From a virus: 64,000 nucleotides of DNA. Both the position numbers and the translations under genes were made by a program. The notes below the pieces were generated by a model. That model saw only the letters and a program-made list of their open reading frames with translations. It was not told the origin of the DNA and did no database searches. Numbering within the stretch: the stretch's first letter is position 1; the number at the start of each line of letters is the position of its first letter. The stretch is taken from the IMG/VR virus record IMGVR_UViG_3300025886_000017; one strand, written 5' to 3'. Positions 28,553 through 38,492 of the stretch are shown here, in pieces.

Positions 28553-28774
28553 ATGTCATTCAGTTCCAATTCCAAGAGCCGCAAGGTCGTTGATTATCTC
28601 GCTGCTGGTCGCACGCTGACCGCAGGGCAGGCAAAGGCCCGCTTCGGCGTGGCCAACCTCCGCGCAACGATATCGGACATCAAGTCCGTCGTTGAAGCGT
28701 ATGGTAATCACGAGATTACCGTCGAAAATACTGCGACAGGTAAGACCGCATACGGAATGCGATCGTTGAACTAA
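28553..28774 (+). CDS. Small winged-helix DNA-binding protein
   Basis: Start moved to MSFSSNSKS (GGAG SD); KVVDYLAAGRTLTAGQAKARFGVANLRATISDI. Confidence 0.75.
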   Translation: MSFSSNSKSRKVVDYLAAGRTLTAGQAKARFGVANLRATISDIKSVVEAYGNHEITVENTATGKTAYGMRSLN

Positions 28775-28800
28775 TCTTGAATGATTAGTGCGGCTTGAGG

Positions 28801-28832
28801 AGGGGGCTAGGGCTGTCCTAGCCCCCTTTTTT
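28801..28832 (+). terminator. Intrinsic terminator
   Basis: AGGGGGCTAGG-GCTGT-CCTAGCCCCCT, an 11-bp stem followed by a T tract. Confidence 0.9.
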
Positions 28833-28847
28833 ATCATGGAGGATGTA

Positions 28848-29819
28848 ATGGGATTTGAATTGAATATCAGCGAGCCAGAAGAAAAGACTCTACTTCACCC
28901 GGAATCGAATGGTGGAACCGAGCAATTATATCGCGAGTTAAAGACTCGTATTGATCCCGAACTCTTTCAGAAGTTCAACATTATTCCTTCGCGCGTCCGC
29001 GACGAAATGTTTGATGATCGCCCCACAATTCTGTGGCTACACGATCTCCCCGAAGACCCAGAGTCCGCGATGCTTGCTAACGCAGAGTATCGCAAGAAGT
29101 TTGACAAGATCGTCTTCGTGTCTAATTGGCAACGAGACGCATATAGTCGAGTTCTTGGCATCCCTCTTGATGAGGGTGTTGTTATTAAGAATGCCATTGA
29201 ACCTATTATGGACCCGCGCCCAGAACGCGAAGAAGGTTCAAAGACTCGTCTGACTTACTTCTCCACTCCACATCGCGGGCTATCTATCCTCTACCCCGCC
29301 CTCCACGCATTGAGCAATCATCGCGATGACTTTGAGGTGGACATCTATTCTTCGTTTGAGTTGTATGGATGGAAGGATAATGATAAAGCATTCGAGGATG
29401 TGTTTGGCGCTCTTGATAGTCTGGATTGCGTGACTCTTCATGGTACCGTTGATAATGATACAATTCGGCAGAATCTTTTGACCACTGATATTCTTGCATA
29501 TCCTTGCATCTTTCAGGAGACGAGCTGCCGTGTTCTGATCGAGTCGATGTGCGCTGGGCTACTTCCGGTGATTCCGAACTATGGGGCATTGACCGAAACA
29601 GGCACCGACTACTGCTTCATGTATGATTGGAGTAGTGATGCTCAAACTCACATCGAACACTTTGCTGGCGCGCTCAATAATGCTATGGATGCATACAAGA
29701 TGCCGTTCTATCAGAGTCTTCTCAAGATGCAGCGGAACCATTACCAATATTTCTATAGCTGGGATCTGCGCGCATCACAGTGGTCACAGTTGTTGACTTC
29801 GATGTTGGAGGATAATTAA
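28848..29819 (+). CDS. Glycosyltransferase, GT-B (GT4-like)
   Basis: Start moved to MGFELN (GGAGG SD); NGGTEQ, ILWLHD, FVSNWQ, STPHRGL, ETSCRVLIESMCAG. Confidence 0.88.
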   Translation: MGFELNISEPEEKTLLHPESNGGTEQLYRELKTRIDPELFQKFNIIPSRVRDEMFDDRPTILWLHDLPEDPESAMLANAEYRKKFDKIVFVSNWQRDAYSRVLGIPLDEGVVIKNAIEPIMDPRPEREEGSKTRLTYFSTPHRGLSILYPALHALSNHRDDFEVDIYSSFELYGWKDNDKAFEDVFGALDSLDCVTLHGTVDNDTIRQNLLTTDILAYPCIFQETSCRVLIESMCAGLLPVIPNYGALTETGTDYCFMYDWSSDAQTHIEHFAGALNNAMDAYKMPFYQSLLKMQRNHYQYFYSWDLRASQWSQLLTSMLEDN

Positions 29820-30523
29820 TGGCGAATATTCTTTGTAAAATCCCCACTCGCTCTCGTGTGGATGCTTTTATCGAGACATTTGATTCGTTCCACGGAAGGC
29901 AGTCGAATGATCATATCATTCATTATATGATTTCTATTGACGACGATGACGATGAGATGCAGAAGTGGGCGGATACATATAGCCACGGTCTGCGGAAAGC
30001 TAATGCTCATGTGATTAGTGCCCCCCGCGCTGGTAAGATTGGTTCTGTCAATCGTGATATGGAACATGCACCAGACGACTATGATATTGTTATGCAACCA
30101 TCTGATGATTTTATTTGTCTGGTGGATGGGTGGGACAAGCGAGTCGTAGAGGAACTTGAAGCGTTCGACGAATATGATGGTGTTGCCTGGTTCTATGATG
30201 GGCATCAACCTAACATAGATACCATGTGCATTCTGGGTCGTAAGTATTATGAGAGATTCAACTACATCTACTATCCCGAGTATCGCACATTCTGGGCAGA
30301 TAATGAATTCACTGAAGTAGCAGACCGCCTTGATCGATTGGTGTTCTCTAGAGAAGTGTTATTCGAGCATCGGCACCCGGACTGGACGCACTCACACGGG
30401 TATAGTGGTCAGAAGCAGGGTTACGACGAACTCTACCTCGAAAACGATAAACCAGAAGATCGTGAGTGGGACGACAAGTTGTTTCATGATCGAAAAGCAA
30501 GGAACTTTGATCTTGAGAGTTGA
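29819..30523 (+). CDS. Glycosyltransferase, GT-A (GT2-like)
   Basis: IPTRSR, SIDDDD, GKIGSVNR, QPSDDF (DxD-like), WADNEF. Confidence 0.78.
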   Translation: MANILCKIPTRSRVDAFIETFDSFHGRQSNDHIIHYMISIDDDDDEMQKWADTYSHGLRKANAHVISAPRAGKIGSVNRDMEHAPDDYDIVMQPSDDFICLVDGWDKRVVEELEAFDEYDGVAWFYDGHQPNIDTMCILGRKYYERFNYIYYPEYRTFWADNEFTEVADRLDRLVFSREVLFEHRHPDWTHSHGYSGQKQGYDELYLENDKPEDREWDDKLFHDRKARNFDLES

Positions 30524-31346
30524 TGCCAATGTACAGGTGAAGAATGAGGCTCTTCTGTTGGATCAAGTTTTACCTGAATGGGATTCGTATCCTATTGATC
30601 ATTTCGTATTCTACGATGATGGATCATTTGATGGTACTGCTGATGTTATTCAGAGCAATCTAGAAAAGAATCGCTACACTATTCTCAGTGACTCCATCCA
30701 TACTAAATTTCACGAAGCAAGAAATCGTTCTGCTATGTTGGAATACTCCCGCGATAATGGTGCGAATGTTATTGTCTCTATTGACGCAGATGAACTACTA
30801 TCTGACCCATTCATTGATCAGTGGGACGGGATTATGTCCCAATCACTTGATCATAAACTGATGACCTTTCAGTGGAATGTGGTGGGTGACTTGGGGCATT
30901 ATCGATGTGACCCAGCATACTATTCCAACTATCGCGACTTTATCTTTCCGGTGGAACATACTGGTAAGTTCGATCTATCTCTCGGCCGTTACCATTCCCC
31001 ACGAACACCTAACATCAATGCGCCTGTCGGAACACTGCATGATGAATCCGCATTCGTCCACCTACAAGCACTCAATGTGAGGTTTTATGCCCTCAAGCAA
31101 CTTTGGTACAAGACTTTCGAGTATCTCCACTATGATAAGTCAGTCGATCAGATTAACGCTGCTTATGATCCTGTGGTCAATGGTCTTGATTTTTGCTCTC
31201 GTGATATGCCTTCCCATATTCTTTCTTTGGATACGTTCGATTCGGGTGTATTCAGTCTCATCGAAAAAGAGCGAGGATACGTTGACTATATATTAGAGTA
31301 CAGTGTCCCTGAATTGATTACGTTTGGTGAGGAGTATTTGAGATGA
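30513..31346 (+). CDS. Glycosyltransferase, GT-A (GT2-like)
   Basis: Probable TTG start at 30513; VKNE, YDDGSFDGT, HEARNRS, SIDADE. Confidence 0.82.
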   Translation: MRVDANVQVKNEALLLDQVLPEWDSYPIDHFVFYDDGSFDGTADVIQSNLEKNRYTILSDSIHTKFHEARNRSAMLEYSRDNGANVIVSIDADELLSDPFIDQWDGIMSQSLDHKLMTFQWNVVGDLGHYRCDPAYYSNYRDFIFPVEHTGKFDLSLGRYHSPRTPNINAPVGTLHDESAFVHLQALNVRFYALKQLWYKTFEYLHYDKSVDQINAAYDPVVNGLDFCSRDMPSHILSLDTFDSGVFSLIEKERGYVDYILEYSVPELITFGEEYLR

Positions 31347-31963
31347 GATTTTCTAAGCTAGGCGATCTATATGAGAATGAGTTGTTTGCCCCAGCCGAAC
31401 GCCGATATTGGTTTTTCCAGTTGCTTGTCTGGTTGGACGTGTTGGCACCTGAAATCCCAAAGTGTGTTATTGAGACAGGAACTAACCTCGGGTATGGTGC
31501 GTACACTTGGTCGATGTTTTTTGATGAGGTTCATACCGTAGAACTGTCAGAGCATCAATACAATAAAGCAAAGGATGTTTACGGTCTCGTCAACAATATC
31601 ACGTTCTATAACGACACCTCCGATTCATTTCTTGCGGAAATTCTTCCGACGAGAACTGATCAATGTATCATCTTTCTTGACGCGCATGGATCTGGTGGTG
31701 ATACCACATTCGATGATAGAGATGGTAGATTTGGTAGTCCGATTCTACGCGAACTCCAAATGATAAAGGAACATAGCACTAGGAATGATCATATTATATT
31801 GATTGATTATTTGGAGGATTGCGTCAAATTGCCCGGCTATCCAAACAAGGATGAGATTCGCGAAGCATTGAAGGATATCAATCCAGAATATCACATTGAA
31901 CTCGATTTTCCCTCTCATCTTATGATGTCAGTCGGTGGAGTCGGGATGTCGATTGTACTATGA
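31343..31963 (+). CDS. Class I SAM-dependent methyltransferase
   Basis: VIETGTNLGYG, HTVELS, IIFLDAH, IILID. Confidence 0.82.
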   Translation: MRFSKLGDLYENELFAPAERRYWFFQLLVWLDVLAPEIPKCVIETGTNLGYGAYTWSMFFDEVHTVELSEHQYNKAKDVYGLVNNITFYNDTSDSFLAEILPTRTDQCIIFLDAHGSGGDTTFDDRDGRFGSPILRELQMIKEHSTRNDHIILIDYLEDCVKLPGYPNKDEIREALKDINPEYHIELDFPSHLMMSVGGVGMSIVL

Positions 31964-32730
31964 GTGATAACATCTTCTGGATGGTATCTGATAACTTTGG
32001 TGATGCGTTGAACCCTTACCTGTACGAGAAGATCACAGGGCGAGCCTCGGTGAATGTAGAGGCAAACTCAACAGACCCGCACCTAATGATGATCGGATCA
32101 ATCCTAAACCACGCTAATAAGAATGCTATTGTGTGGGGATGCGGTCTAGCACGCTTGTCCGACCCAGTAGATCCCGCGTGTGACATTCGTTCGGTTCGTG
32201 GTCCCATCTCTCGACAGATTGCCATTGATCGTGGTGCTAAATGCCCTGACGTCTATGGTGACCCTGCTCTCCTCCTCCCCCGCTTCTATCCGGGAACCTC
32301 AACTAACGAGAATATGTTAGGTGTCATTCCGCATGTGGTTGATTACGCTGCCTGCCGAGATAGTTTCTCAAGGTATGATGGAGTGAAGATCATTGACCTA
32401 ACACAACCCATCGAGACCGTGCTTGACGAACTCCTGACCTGTGCCAATGTCATCTCAAGTTCACTTCATGGGTTGATTGTTGCGGATGCGTATGGTATCC
32501 CTTCATACTGGGTGGAGTTCAGTCAAAATGTGTTGGGCGACTATACCAAGTTCTTCGACTACTTCGAGTCTGTCGGCATCAAGAAGTATCACCCTGTTAG
32601 GTTGAACTCGTTAGAGCATTTTGATTTTAGGTTATTCGAACCGGTTGATATGAAGGTTGATTTGGATCTTCTTCTCAATGCGTTTCCTTCTGAATATGTT
32701 AACAATTTTGTAAATAGGAGTGATGGATAA
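31960..32730 (+). CDS. Polysaccharide pyruvyl transferase (ExoV-like)
   Basis: NFGDALN, MIGSIL, VRGPIS, GDPALLLP, SSSLHGLIVADAYGIP. Confidence 0.9.
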   Translation: MSDNIFWMVSDNFGDALNPYLYEKITGRASVNVEANSTDPHLMMIGSILNHANKNAIVWGCGLARLSDPVDPACDIRSVRGPISRQIAIDRGAKCPDVYGDPALLLPRFYPGTSTNENMLGVIPHVVDYAACRDSFSRYDGVKIIDLTQPIETVLDELLTCANVISSSLHGLIVADAYGIPSYWVEFSQNVLGDYTKFFDYFESVGIKKYHPVRLNSLEHFDFRLFEPVDMKVDLDLLLNAFPSEYVNNFVNRSDG

Positions 32731-33698
32731 TGAGTGAAAATCGTAAAAGAGCATTGGTATGTGGCGCAGGTGGATTTATTGGAGCCCATCTGGTAAAGAA
32801 ACTGAAGCGTGAAGGGTATTGGGTTCGAGGAGTGGATCTGAAACATCCCCCTTATGCTCCTACGGAGGCGGATGAATTTATCATTGGGGATTTGAGTATT
32901 CGCGACGTGTGCGAAACAGTTCTCGATGATACCATTGATGATGTGTACCAATTGGCTGCTGACATGGGTGGCATGGGATTTATCGACTCGGCTGAAATCT
33001 CAATCATGACTAACAGCGCATTGATCAACAATCATATGATCAACGTCGCGGCGACTCGTCGTCTTCTTCGAAGATACTTCTTCTCTTCGTCTGCTTGTGT
33101 TTATGCTGATCAAGAGTTGGGGTCTCGTTGGATTTCCGAAGAAGAAGTTTATCCCGCGATGCCTGACAATGAATACGGCTGGGAGAAACTCTATGCTGAA
33201 CGTATGGCACTCACTGTCGCTCGCAACACGGGTCTGGATGTACGCATAGCACGATTTCAAAACTGCTTCGGACCCGAAGGAACATGGGATGGTGGGAGAG
33301 AGAAAGCACCAGCCGCTATTTGCCGAAAGATCGCTCAACTTCCTACCAATGGTGGTGAGATTGATGTCTGGGGTAAAGGGGACGCTGAACGAAATTTCAT
33401 TTATGTTGATGATCTCTGTGACGGAATCTACACCCTCACTCAGCAAGACATCATCAAGGTTCCGGTCAACATCGGAACTACTGAGATTGTGACTGTAAAC
33501 GAACTAGTCGAGATGCTGGCAACGGTTTCTGGTAAGACAGTAACCCGAAATCACATTCCCGGTCCTGTGGGGGTTCTTGGTCGATATCAGACGGTAGACA
33601 AAATTAAATCGCTCGGATGGGAACCAAAGTTCTCAATGGTCAAGGGTATGGAAGTCACTTACAGGTGGGTAGAGGATCAAGTAAATGGAACATTCTGA
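32730..33698 (+). CDS. NAD-dependent nucleotide-sugar epimerase (GDP-mannose 3,5-epimerase-like)
   Basis: GAGGFIG, QLAADMGGMGFI, SSSACVY, YGWEK, GGREKAPAA. Confidence 0.9.
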   Translation: MSENRKRALVCGAGGFIGAHLVKKLKREGYWVRGVDLKHPPYAPTEADEFIIGDLSIRDVCETVLDDTIDDVYQLAADMGGMGFIDSAEISIMTNSALINNHMINVAATRRLLRRYFFSSSACVYADQELGSRWISEEEVYPAMPDNEYGWEKLYAERMALTVARNTGLDVRIARFQNCFGPEGTWDGGREKAPAAICRKIAQLPTNGGEIDVWGKGDAERNFIYVDDLCDGIYTLTQQDIIKVPVNIGTTEIVTVNELVEMLATVSGKTVTRNHIPGPVGVLGRYQTVDKIKSLGWEPKFSMVKGMEVTYRWVEDQVNGTF

Positions 33699-33897
33699 AT
33701 ATATTTCTACGGTGAAGCGAGAGAGTGGATACTATCTCGTTGACTTTGAAAGTGTTGAGTTTGATTTGGAGCCAAGTGCAAAGGTCTTTGGTCCCTTCTT
33801 AACACTAGAGGCTGCCACTCGTTTTGCTAAGTATCTTGAATCAGGATATTCATCCGAGAGCGGAATGCTTTTTACCCAAGAAGAGGATGATGATTAA
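33685..33897 (+). CDS. Hypothetical acidic protein
   Basis: 70-aa ORF overlapping both neighbours. Confidence 0.55.
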   Translation: MEHSEYISTVKRESGYYLVDFESVEFDLEPSAKVFGPFLTLEAATRFAKYLESGYSSESGMLFTQEEDDD

Positions 33898-34796
33898 TGA
33901 AGTTTTTGATCGTCCCATTATGTTCGGACCAGAACCACCCTCTTGAGGTTGTGCGATGCATTCAGAGCATAACAGACCAATACGAAAAGCCATTCGATAT
34001 TGACATCAAGGTTGTCGCGAACACTAACGACCCGGATTATACCAAGAGAGTTCAGGTCGCGATTGGTGATGATTATGAGGTGATTCAGTCCGAGAGCAAT
34101 GGTGGAAACGGTAAGGGGCATAATAGTGTCCTCAAGTTGTTCCGTGATACCTACGTCAAGGAGGGATATACTCACCTAATCATGATCGACGGTGACGACT
34201 ATTTCTATCCCTGCGCCTTCGAAGCGATCGACGAACTCCTGATGCTCGACCCAGACATCGACTACTGCGGTGTTGGATCAAACGCAGACTCCGTTCGTCG
34301 GGGTCCGTCACCTGATGGTCGCAGTATGTTAGTTCGCCCTGGGATTCATCTCCATTCAAACTTCAACAACCGCTCCCCGATCCCGATGAACCCACTATAT
34401 GACGGGCAAGCCTGCCCTGGAGGAGAGGTCACGCTGTTCTTGTCTGCCAAGGCAGTAGAATGTGATCTGATTCATTTGGAGTATCCTATGATCCCAGACG
34501 ACTTCACCCATCTCCTATGGGCAGTTAAGCATCATGTTATGGGCAATCTCAAGTATGTTTCGACAGACTGCAATGATATCTATGTATATGATAAGACTAC
34601 CGACCACGGAGTGACTAACGACCCCAACTTCAAGTTCGCTCCCTATCAGTGGCCCGATGGTGCGTGGCAATATGTTCTCGACAATTTTGCCGATATTGTT
34701 GGCATCACTCGCGGGCATATGCCCTTTATTACAATCCCCCAGATTATGTATCCGGGTGAGAAGCGAGACTTCGTTGATGACCAGACAATGACCTGA
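33897..34796 (+). CDS. Glycosyltransferase, GT-A-like
   Basis: SNGGNGKGHNSVL, LIMIDGDDYF (DxD motif). Confidence 0.72.
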   Translation: MKFLIVPLCSDQNHPLEVVRCIQSITDQYEKPFDIDIKVVANTNDPDYTKRVQVAIGDDYEVIQSESNGGNGKGHNSVLKLFRDTYVKEGYTHLIMIDGDDYFYPCAFEAIDELLMLDPDIDYCGVGSNADSVRRGPSPDGRSMLVRPGIHLHSNFNNRSPIPMNPLYDGQACPGGEVTLFLSAKAVECDLIHLEYPMIPDDFTHLLWAVKHHVMGNLKYVSTDCNDIYVYDKTTDHGVTNDPNFKFAPYQWPDGAWQYVLDNFADIVGITRGHMPFITIPQIMYPGEKRDFVDDQTMT

Positions 34797-34825
34797 TCTT
34801 TTTACTTGCCATTTTCGGTTTCCCC

Positions 34826-34853
34826 TTGACATATATACTCAGGGAGCTATAAT
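34826..34853 (+). promoter_or_regulatory. Sigma70-type promoter TTGACA-N16-TATAAT
   Basis: Perfect hexamers; TTGCCATTTT box 20 nt upstream. Confidence 0.88.
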
Positions 34854-34885
34854 ATAGGTATAGACAAATCACACAGGAGCGACCA

Positions 34886-36004
34886 ATGTCGCGCAAAAAG
34901 ATTACAGCACCGATTATTGAAAACTGGGTAAACTTAACCGAAGATGAGCGCACGGAGGCAATCAAGAACCGTCCGCGCTGGTATCAGCAAAACATAGATG
35001 CGAAGGTGTTGCGGCAAGTATTCTTCGACTTCGTAAAGTCTACACTTACCCGAGAGCAGTATGATCTTGTCCGCGCCGGAACCCCATTCATCACCGACCT
35101 TGACGGCGCCATTGCTCATTGTCTCGCTGACGGATATGATCACGGGCCTTTCATTCAAAGGTTGCTCGGAAAACGCATTCCTGCGATCATTTCATATGTG
35201 CGAGATGATCAGAAAAGAAAGGCAGATCTTGACACTCTTCTTGGGCGCGAACCAAAGGGTGAGGTAAAGACCTTTACTATCCAAGAACGTATCGCCGAAC
35301 AGACGCGGAATATCATCGGGCACATTGAAGGTGAAATTGATGCGTTCGTTGCCGATGGGTGCAAGAAGAGCAAGTTCAACATTGATTCATTCCTCGTTCA
35401 TCATGACGTAAAATCGCCACAAGCCAAGCTGATCGTTGAGTTTCTTGATCGGAACATCGAAGAGATTAAACTCTTGTTGGAACGTAAGGACGAACAACTC
35501 ATCGAAGCGTACTCTTTCCTCACCAAATCCAAACAAAAGAAGTTCTATGACTTTCTTTGTTCGATGAAAGATGCTACACTTGATCGTATCGATAAAGTCA
35601 AGAAGACTCGTAAGAAGCGCAATCGTAAGCTCAAGTCACCGCAGCAGCAGGTCTCGGCGCTGAAGTATCTTGTCAATACCGAAGATGGCAGTTTGAAGTC
35701 GATTGATCCGGCTAACATCATCGGTGCAAGTCAAGTGTGGGTATATGATGTCAAAACTCGTTTCCTATTTGAGTATAACTCCCCTGTCGGCATGTCTGTC
35801 AAGGGATCAACACTTCAAGACTTTGATGCGGACGTTTCGTGCGCCAAGAAGGTGCGAGATCAATATACCGATCGCATCACCACTGAAGTTATGACTGGAG
35901 GGAAGGTAAAGCTACGCCGTATCATGCCTAATATCGTTGCAAAGCAAAAGGAAGTAACCGGTCGCATCAATAAAAACCAAATTATTCTGAGGGTTATCCG
36001 ATGA
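34886..36004 (+). CDS. Conserved T4-superfamily hypothetical protein
   Basis: AGGAG SD; C-terminal SIDPANIIGASQVWVYDVKTR...VKGSTLQDFD pattern familiar from T4-likes. Confidence 0.65.
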   Translation: MSRKKITAPIIENWVNLTEDERTEAIKNRPRWYQQNIDAKVLRQVFFDFVKSTLTREQYDLVRAGTPFITDLDGAIAHCLADGYDHGPFIQRLLGKRIPAIISYVRDDQKRKADLDTLLGREPKGEVKTFTIQERIAEQTRNIIGHIEGEIDAFVADGCKKSKFNIDSFLVHHDVKSPQAKLIVEFLDRNIEEIKLLLERKDEQLIEAYSFLTKSKQKKFYDFLCSMKDATLDRIDKVKKTRKKRNRKLKSPQQQVSALKYLVNTEDGSLKSIDPANIIGASQVWVYDVKTRFLFEYNSPVGMSVKGSTLQDFDADVSCAKKVRDQYTDRITTEVMTGGKVKLRRIMPNIVAKQKEVTGRINKNQIILRVIR

Positions 36005-36165
36005 GCTTGATTGATCTATTGACAAAGCAAAATGAAATTGAAATTTATAATCTTTTCGAAAAAGCATATCAGCAGGGCGCAGACGATTTTCGAAACCAAA
36101 CCAACACAAGTACAAAACCATTTATTGATAAGCTTGTGTTGGAGTTTGAAGAGATAATGAAATGA
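36001..36165 (+). CDS. Small hypothetical protein (54 aa, below cutoff)
   Basis: Hand translation MSLIDLLTKQNEIEIYNLFEKAYQQGADD...; ATGA overlaps at both ends. Confidence 0.6.
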   Translation: MSLIDLLTKQNEIEIYNLFEKAYQQGADDFRNQTNTSTKPFIDKLVLEFEEIMK

Positions 36166-36638
36166 ACATCTTTTATCTAGACTCTAGACCGCATGTTGCG
36201 GCTAAAGATCATTGTGATAAGCATGTGGTCAAGATGATTCTTGAGTCTGCACAGATGTTATGTACAGCCCATCGTGAACTTGATGGTGATGTGCCTGACG
36301 TGTTCTACAAGTCTACGCACAAGAATCATCCGTCCACTATATGGGCTCGTTCAAAGGCTGGAAATTATAGGTGGCTTTATGACTTGTTTGTGTCTCTCTG
36401 CGACGAGTATACTTATCGTTACGGAAAAGTTCATCTGAGTGATAAAAAGTTTCGTGCGAGTCTCTTGAGTCACCCAAGGAATATTTCCTTCGGTGATTAT
36501 ATTCAGCCCCCTCAGTGTATGCCAGATGAATATAAGTGTGATGATTCTGTTACAGCATATCGAAATTACTACATGGGTGACAAGGCTTACTTTGCCAAGT
36601 GGTCAAAGCGAGACAAGCCCAATTGGTGGAATGTATGA
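36162..36638 (+). CDS. Pyrimidine-dimer DNA glycosylase-like (DenV/endonuclease V family)
   Basis: MNIFYLD, HCDKHVVKMILESAQML, HKNHPSTIW, AYRNYY. Confidence 0.82.
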   Translation: MNIFYLDSRPHVAAKDHCDKHVVKMILESAQMLCTAHRELDGDVPDVFYKSTHKNHPSTIWARSKAGNYRWLYDLFVSLCDEYTYRYGKVHLSDKKFRASLLSHPRNISFGDYIQPPQCMPDEYKCDDSVTAYRNYYMGDKAYFAKWSKRDKPNWWNV

Positions 36639-37534
36639 TTTTAGTAGACATGAGTCAGGTTCAGATTTCTAACTTGATGGTAGGAATGAATACATATCTC
36701 AAGGGCATGAATATTGATGAGGGTCTACTTCGCCATATGATCCTCAACAGTCTCCGTGGTTATCGTAAGCGGTTCTCTGGTGAATACGGCGAGCTAGTTC
36801 TTTGCTATGATAGTCATTCTTGGCGCAAGGATAGGTTCGCGCATTATAAGGCCTCCCGAAAGAAGTCACGGAAGGACAGTGGTCTTGACTGGAATGAAGT
36901 GTATGAGACATTCGGTAAGATCGAAAACGATTTACGTGAAACTTTCCCGTATGCTACTGTTCGCGTTGATAGAGCAGAAGCAGATGATATCATTGGCGCT
37001 CTGGTATTCGATAAGTGCCGGATCGTTGGTGGAGAGAAGGTGATGATCATCTCTGGCGACAAAGATTTTCTTCAGCTCGGTAATCGCGGCGATGTTTCTC
37101 AGTATTCGCCGGTTCAGAAGAAGTTCTTGACGTGCGAATCTCCTGTTCGATATCTCGCGGAGCATATTTGTCGTGGTGATACGAGTGATGGCATTCCGAA
37201 CATTCTGTCTGATGATGACACCTTTGTCGTCGATACTAAGCGTCAGACTCCGCTGCGCCAAGCTGCTCTGGATAAACTTATATCTATCGGTGATGATCAT
37301 CATGACTATTCCGATAGCGATCCGAAGCTGATCAACGAGCGAACTATTCGAAACTATTATCGTAACGCCGATTTAATCGACCTTAGCCGAACTCCTGATG
37401 ATATACGAGAACACATCCTAAATACATATAGGATAGAAAGTGAGGCTGCGGAAGAGCGTGGTAGGAAGAATCTCTACACATATTTCGTGGAAAATAAACT
37501 TATCAACTTGATCGACGTGATCGACGAATTTTAG
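36635..37534 (+). CDS. rnh: T4-type RNase H / 5'-3' exonuclease
   Basis: Start moved to MILVDMSQ; YKASRKK, EADDIIG, ISGDKDFLQL, GDTSDGIPN. Confidence 0.93.
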   Translation: MILVDMSQVQISNLMVGMNTYLKGMNIDEGLLRHMILNSLRGYRKRFSGEYGELVLCYDSHSWRKDRFAHYKASRKKSRKDSGLDWNEVYETFGKIENDLRETFPYATVRVDRAEADDIIGALVFDKCRIVGGEKVMIISGDKDFLQLGNRGDVSQYSPVQKKFLTCESPVRYLAEHICRGDTSDGIPNILSDDDTFVVDTKRQTPLRQAALDKLISIGDDHHDYSDSDPKLINERTIRNYYRNADLIDLSRTPDDIREHILNTYRIESEAAEERGRKNLYTYFVENKLINLIDVIDEF

Positions 37535-37540
37535 GAGTAT

Positions 37541-38104
37541 ATGGTGCCGAATTTTACTGAGAATTTACCGGAATTATTTGAAAGGATCAATAAGGCCGAA
37601 ACAGAAGATGAGAAGGTCACTCTTCTTCGTGGATATAAACAGCAGACTACTTTACATACAATTTTACAGTCTGCGTATGGAAATCTAACGTGGGCATTAC
37701 CGGTAGGGAGACCCCCGTTCCGTGAAAGCGAATTGCCATACGGATTCGGTGGACTATTGGATCGGGAGATCCGCAAATTTGTGTATTTCTTTAATGAGCA
37801 TCCGAGGAAGATAACCAAAACCACTCAGCGAGAAAGTGTTTTCATTCAGCTTCTTGAGAATCTCCATCCATCTGAATCCGAAATTGTTCTACAAGCCAAA
37901 GAGGGTGATATAATCGGAGTATCGCATGATATTGTATATAAGGCATTTCCCGTGCTAGTTCCGCCAGCTCCAGCCATTGCCGCTGTTGAGGAGAGCAGTA
38001 TCATACAGGAACCGGTCGATGAAGTAAAGACTCAGGTGAAGAAGAAGGCTCCCAAAAAACGAACTCCCAAAAAACGAACTCCCAAAAAGAAGAAGGCAAA
38101 CTAA
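37541..38104 (+). CDS. Conserved T4-superfamily hypothetical protein with basic KKRTP tail
   Basis: LPVGRPP, RESVFIQLLENLHPSE; C-terminal KKKAPKKRTPKKRTPKKKK. Confidence 0.7.
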   Translation: MVPNFTENLPELFERINKAETEDEKVTLLRGYKQQTTLHTILQSAYGNLTWALPVGRPPFRESELPYGFGGLLDREIRKFVYFFNEHPRKITKTTQRESVFIQLLENLHPSESEIVLQAKEGDIIGVSHDIVYKAFPVLVPPAPAIAAVEESSIIQEPVDEVKTQVKKKAPKKRTPKKRTPKKKKAN

Positions 38105-38292
38105 TGGCCAACCGAACTACACATTTAGACGACGACAAGGATGGGTTCACTGATTATAGTATGGACCGTAAAGAATATCGCCGCAACCGTCAGAAGAAAA
38201 AGAAGACGAAGACCAAGAAAACGAATAAGAATTATACTGACAATACAAATGAAGATGACGACCTTTCCTATGAGGAGTTTTTCCGACGATGA
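38104..38292 (+). CDS. Small charged hypothetical protein
   Basis: 62 aa with a basic centre; coupled to neighbours. Confidence 0.55.
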   Translation: MANRTTHLDDDKDGFTDYSMDRKEYRRNRQKKKKTKTKKTNKNYTDNTNEDDDLSYEEFFRR

Positions 38293-38492
38293 GTGACCCC
38301 CTTCATGTTTTATTTTTTGCTCTTGGTGCGTTAGTTATTATTTCCGCAGCAGTTTCTTATCGCCGAGGATGGAGGCAAGGCGCCAATGAAGCTGGTGATG
38401 TTCTTCTCGGTAAGATTATTGATGAAGGATATATGACTAAATCACAGGTTGAATTTTTATTCGAATGTGAGGTGGAGCTTGGCGAAAATTGA
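38289..38492 (+). CDS. Small membrane protein
   Basis: N-terminal TM helix, then YRRGWRQGA. Confidence 0.6.
   Translation: MSDPLHVLFFALGALVIISAAVSYRRGWRQGANEAGDVLLGKIIDEGYMTKSQVEFLFECEVELGEN

Noticed and set aside
30330-30512. Long N-terminal extension of the second GT-A given by the ORF track (similar extensions at 10023, 28788, 36599, 43296, 47484, 49630)
   Set aside because: Extensions overlap upstream genes or terminators and lack an SD; downstream starts match family N-termini
28848-34796. Glycan cassette as a T4-type hmC DNA glucosylation system
   Set aside because: No dCMP hydroxymethylase or dCTPase in the window, and pyruvyl transferase plus epimerase point to surface glycans; not excluded without the full genome
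36019-36051. TTGACA and TATAAT hexamers
   Set aside because: Spacer is 21 nt and both lie inside a coupled 54-aa ORF
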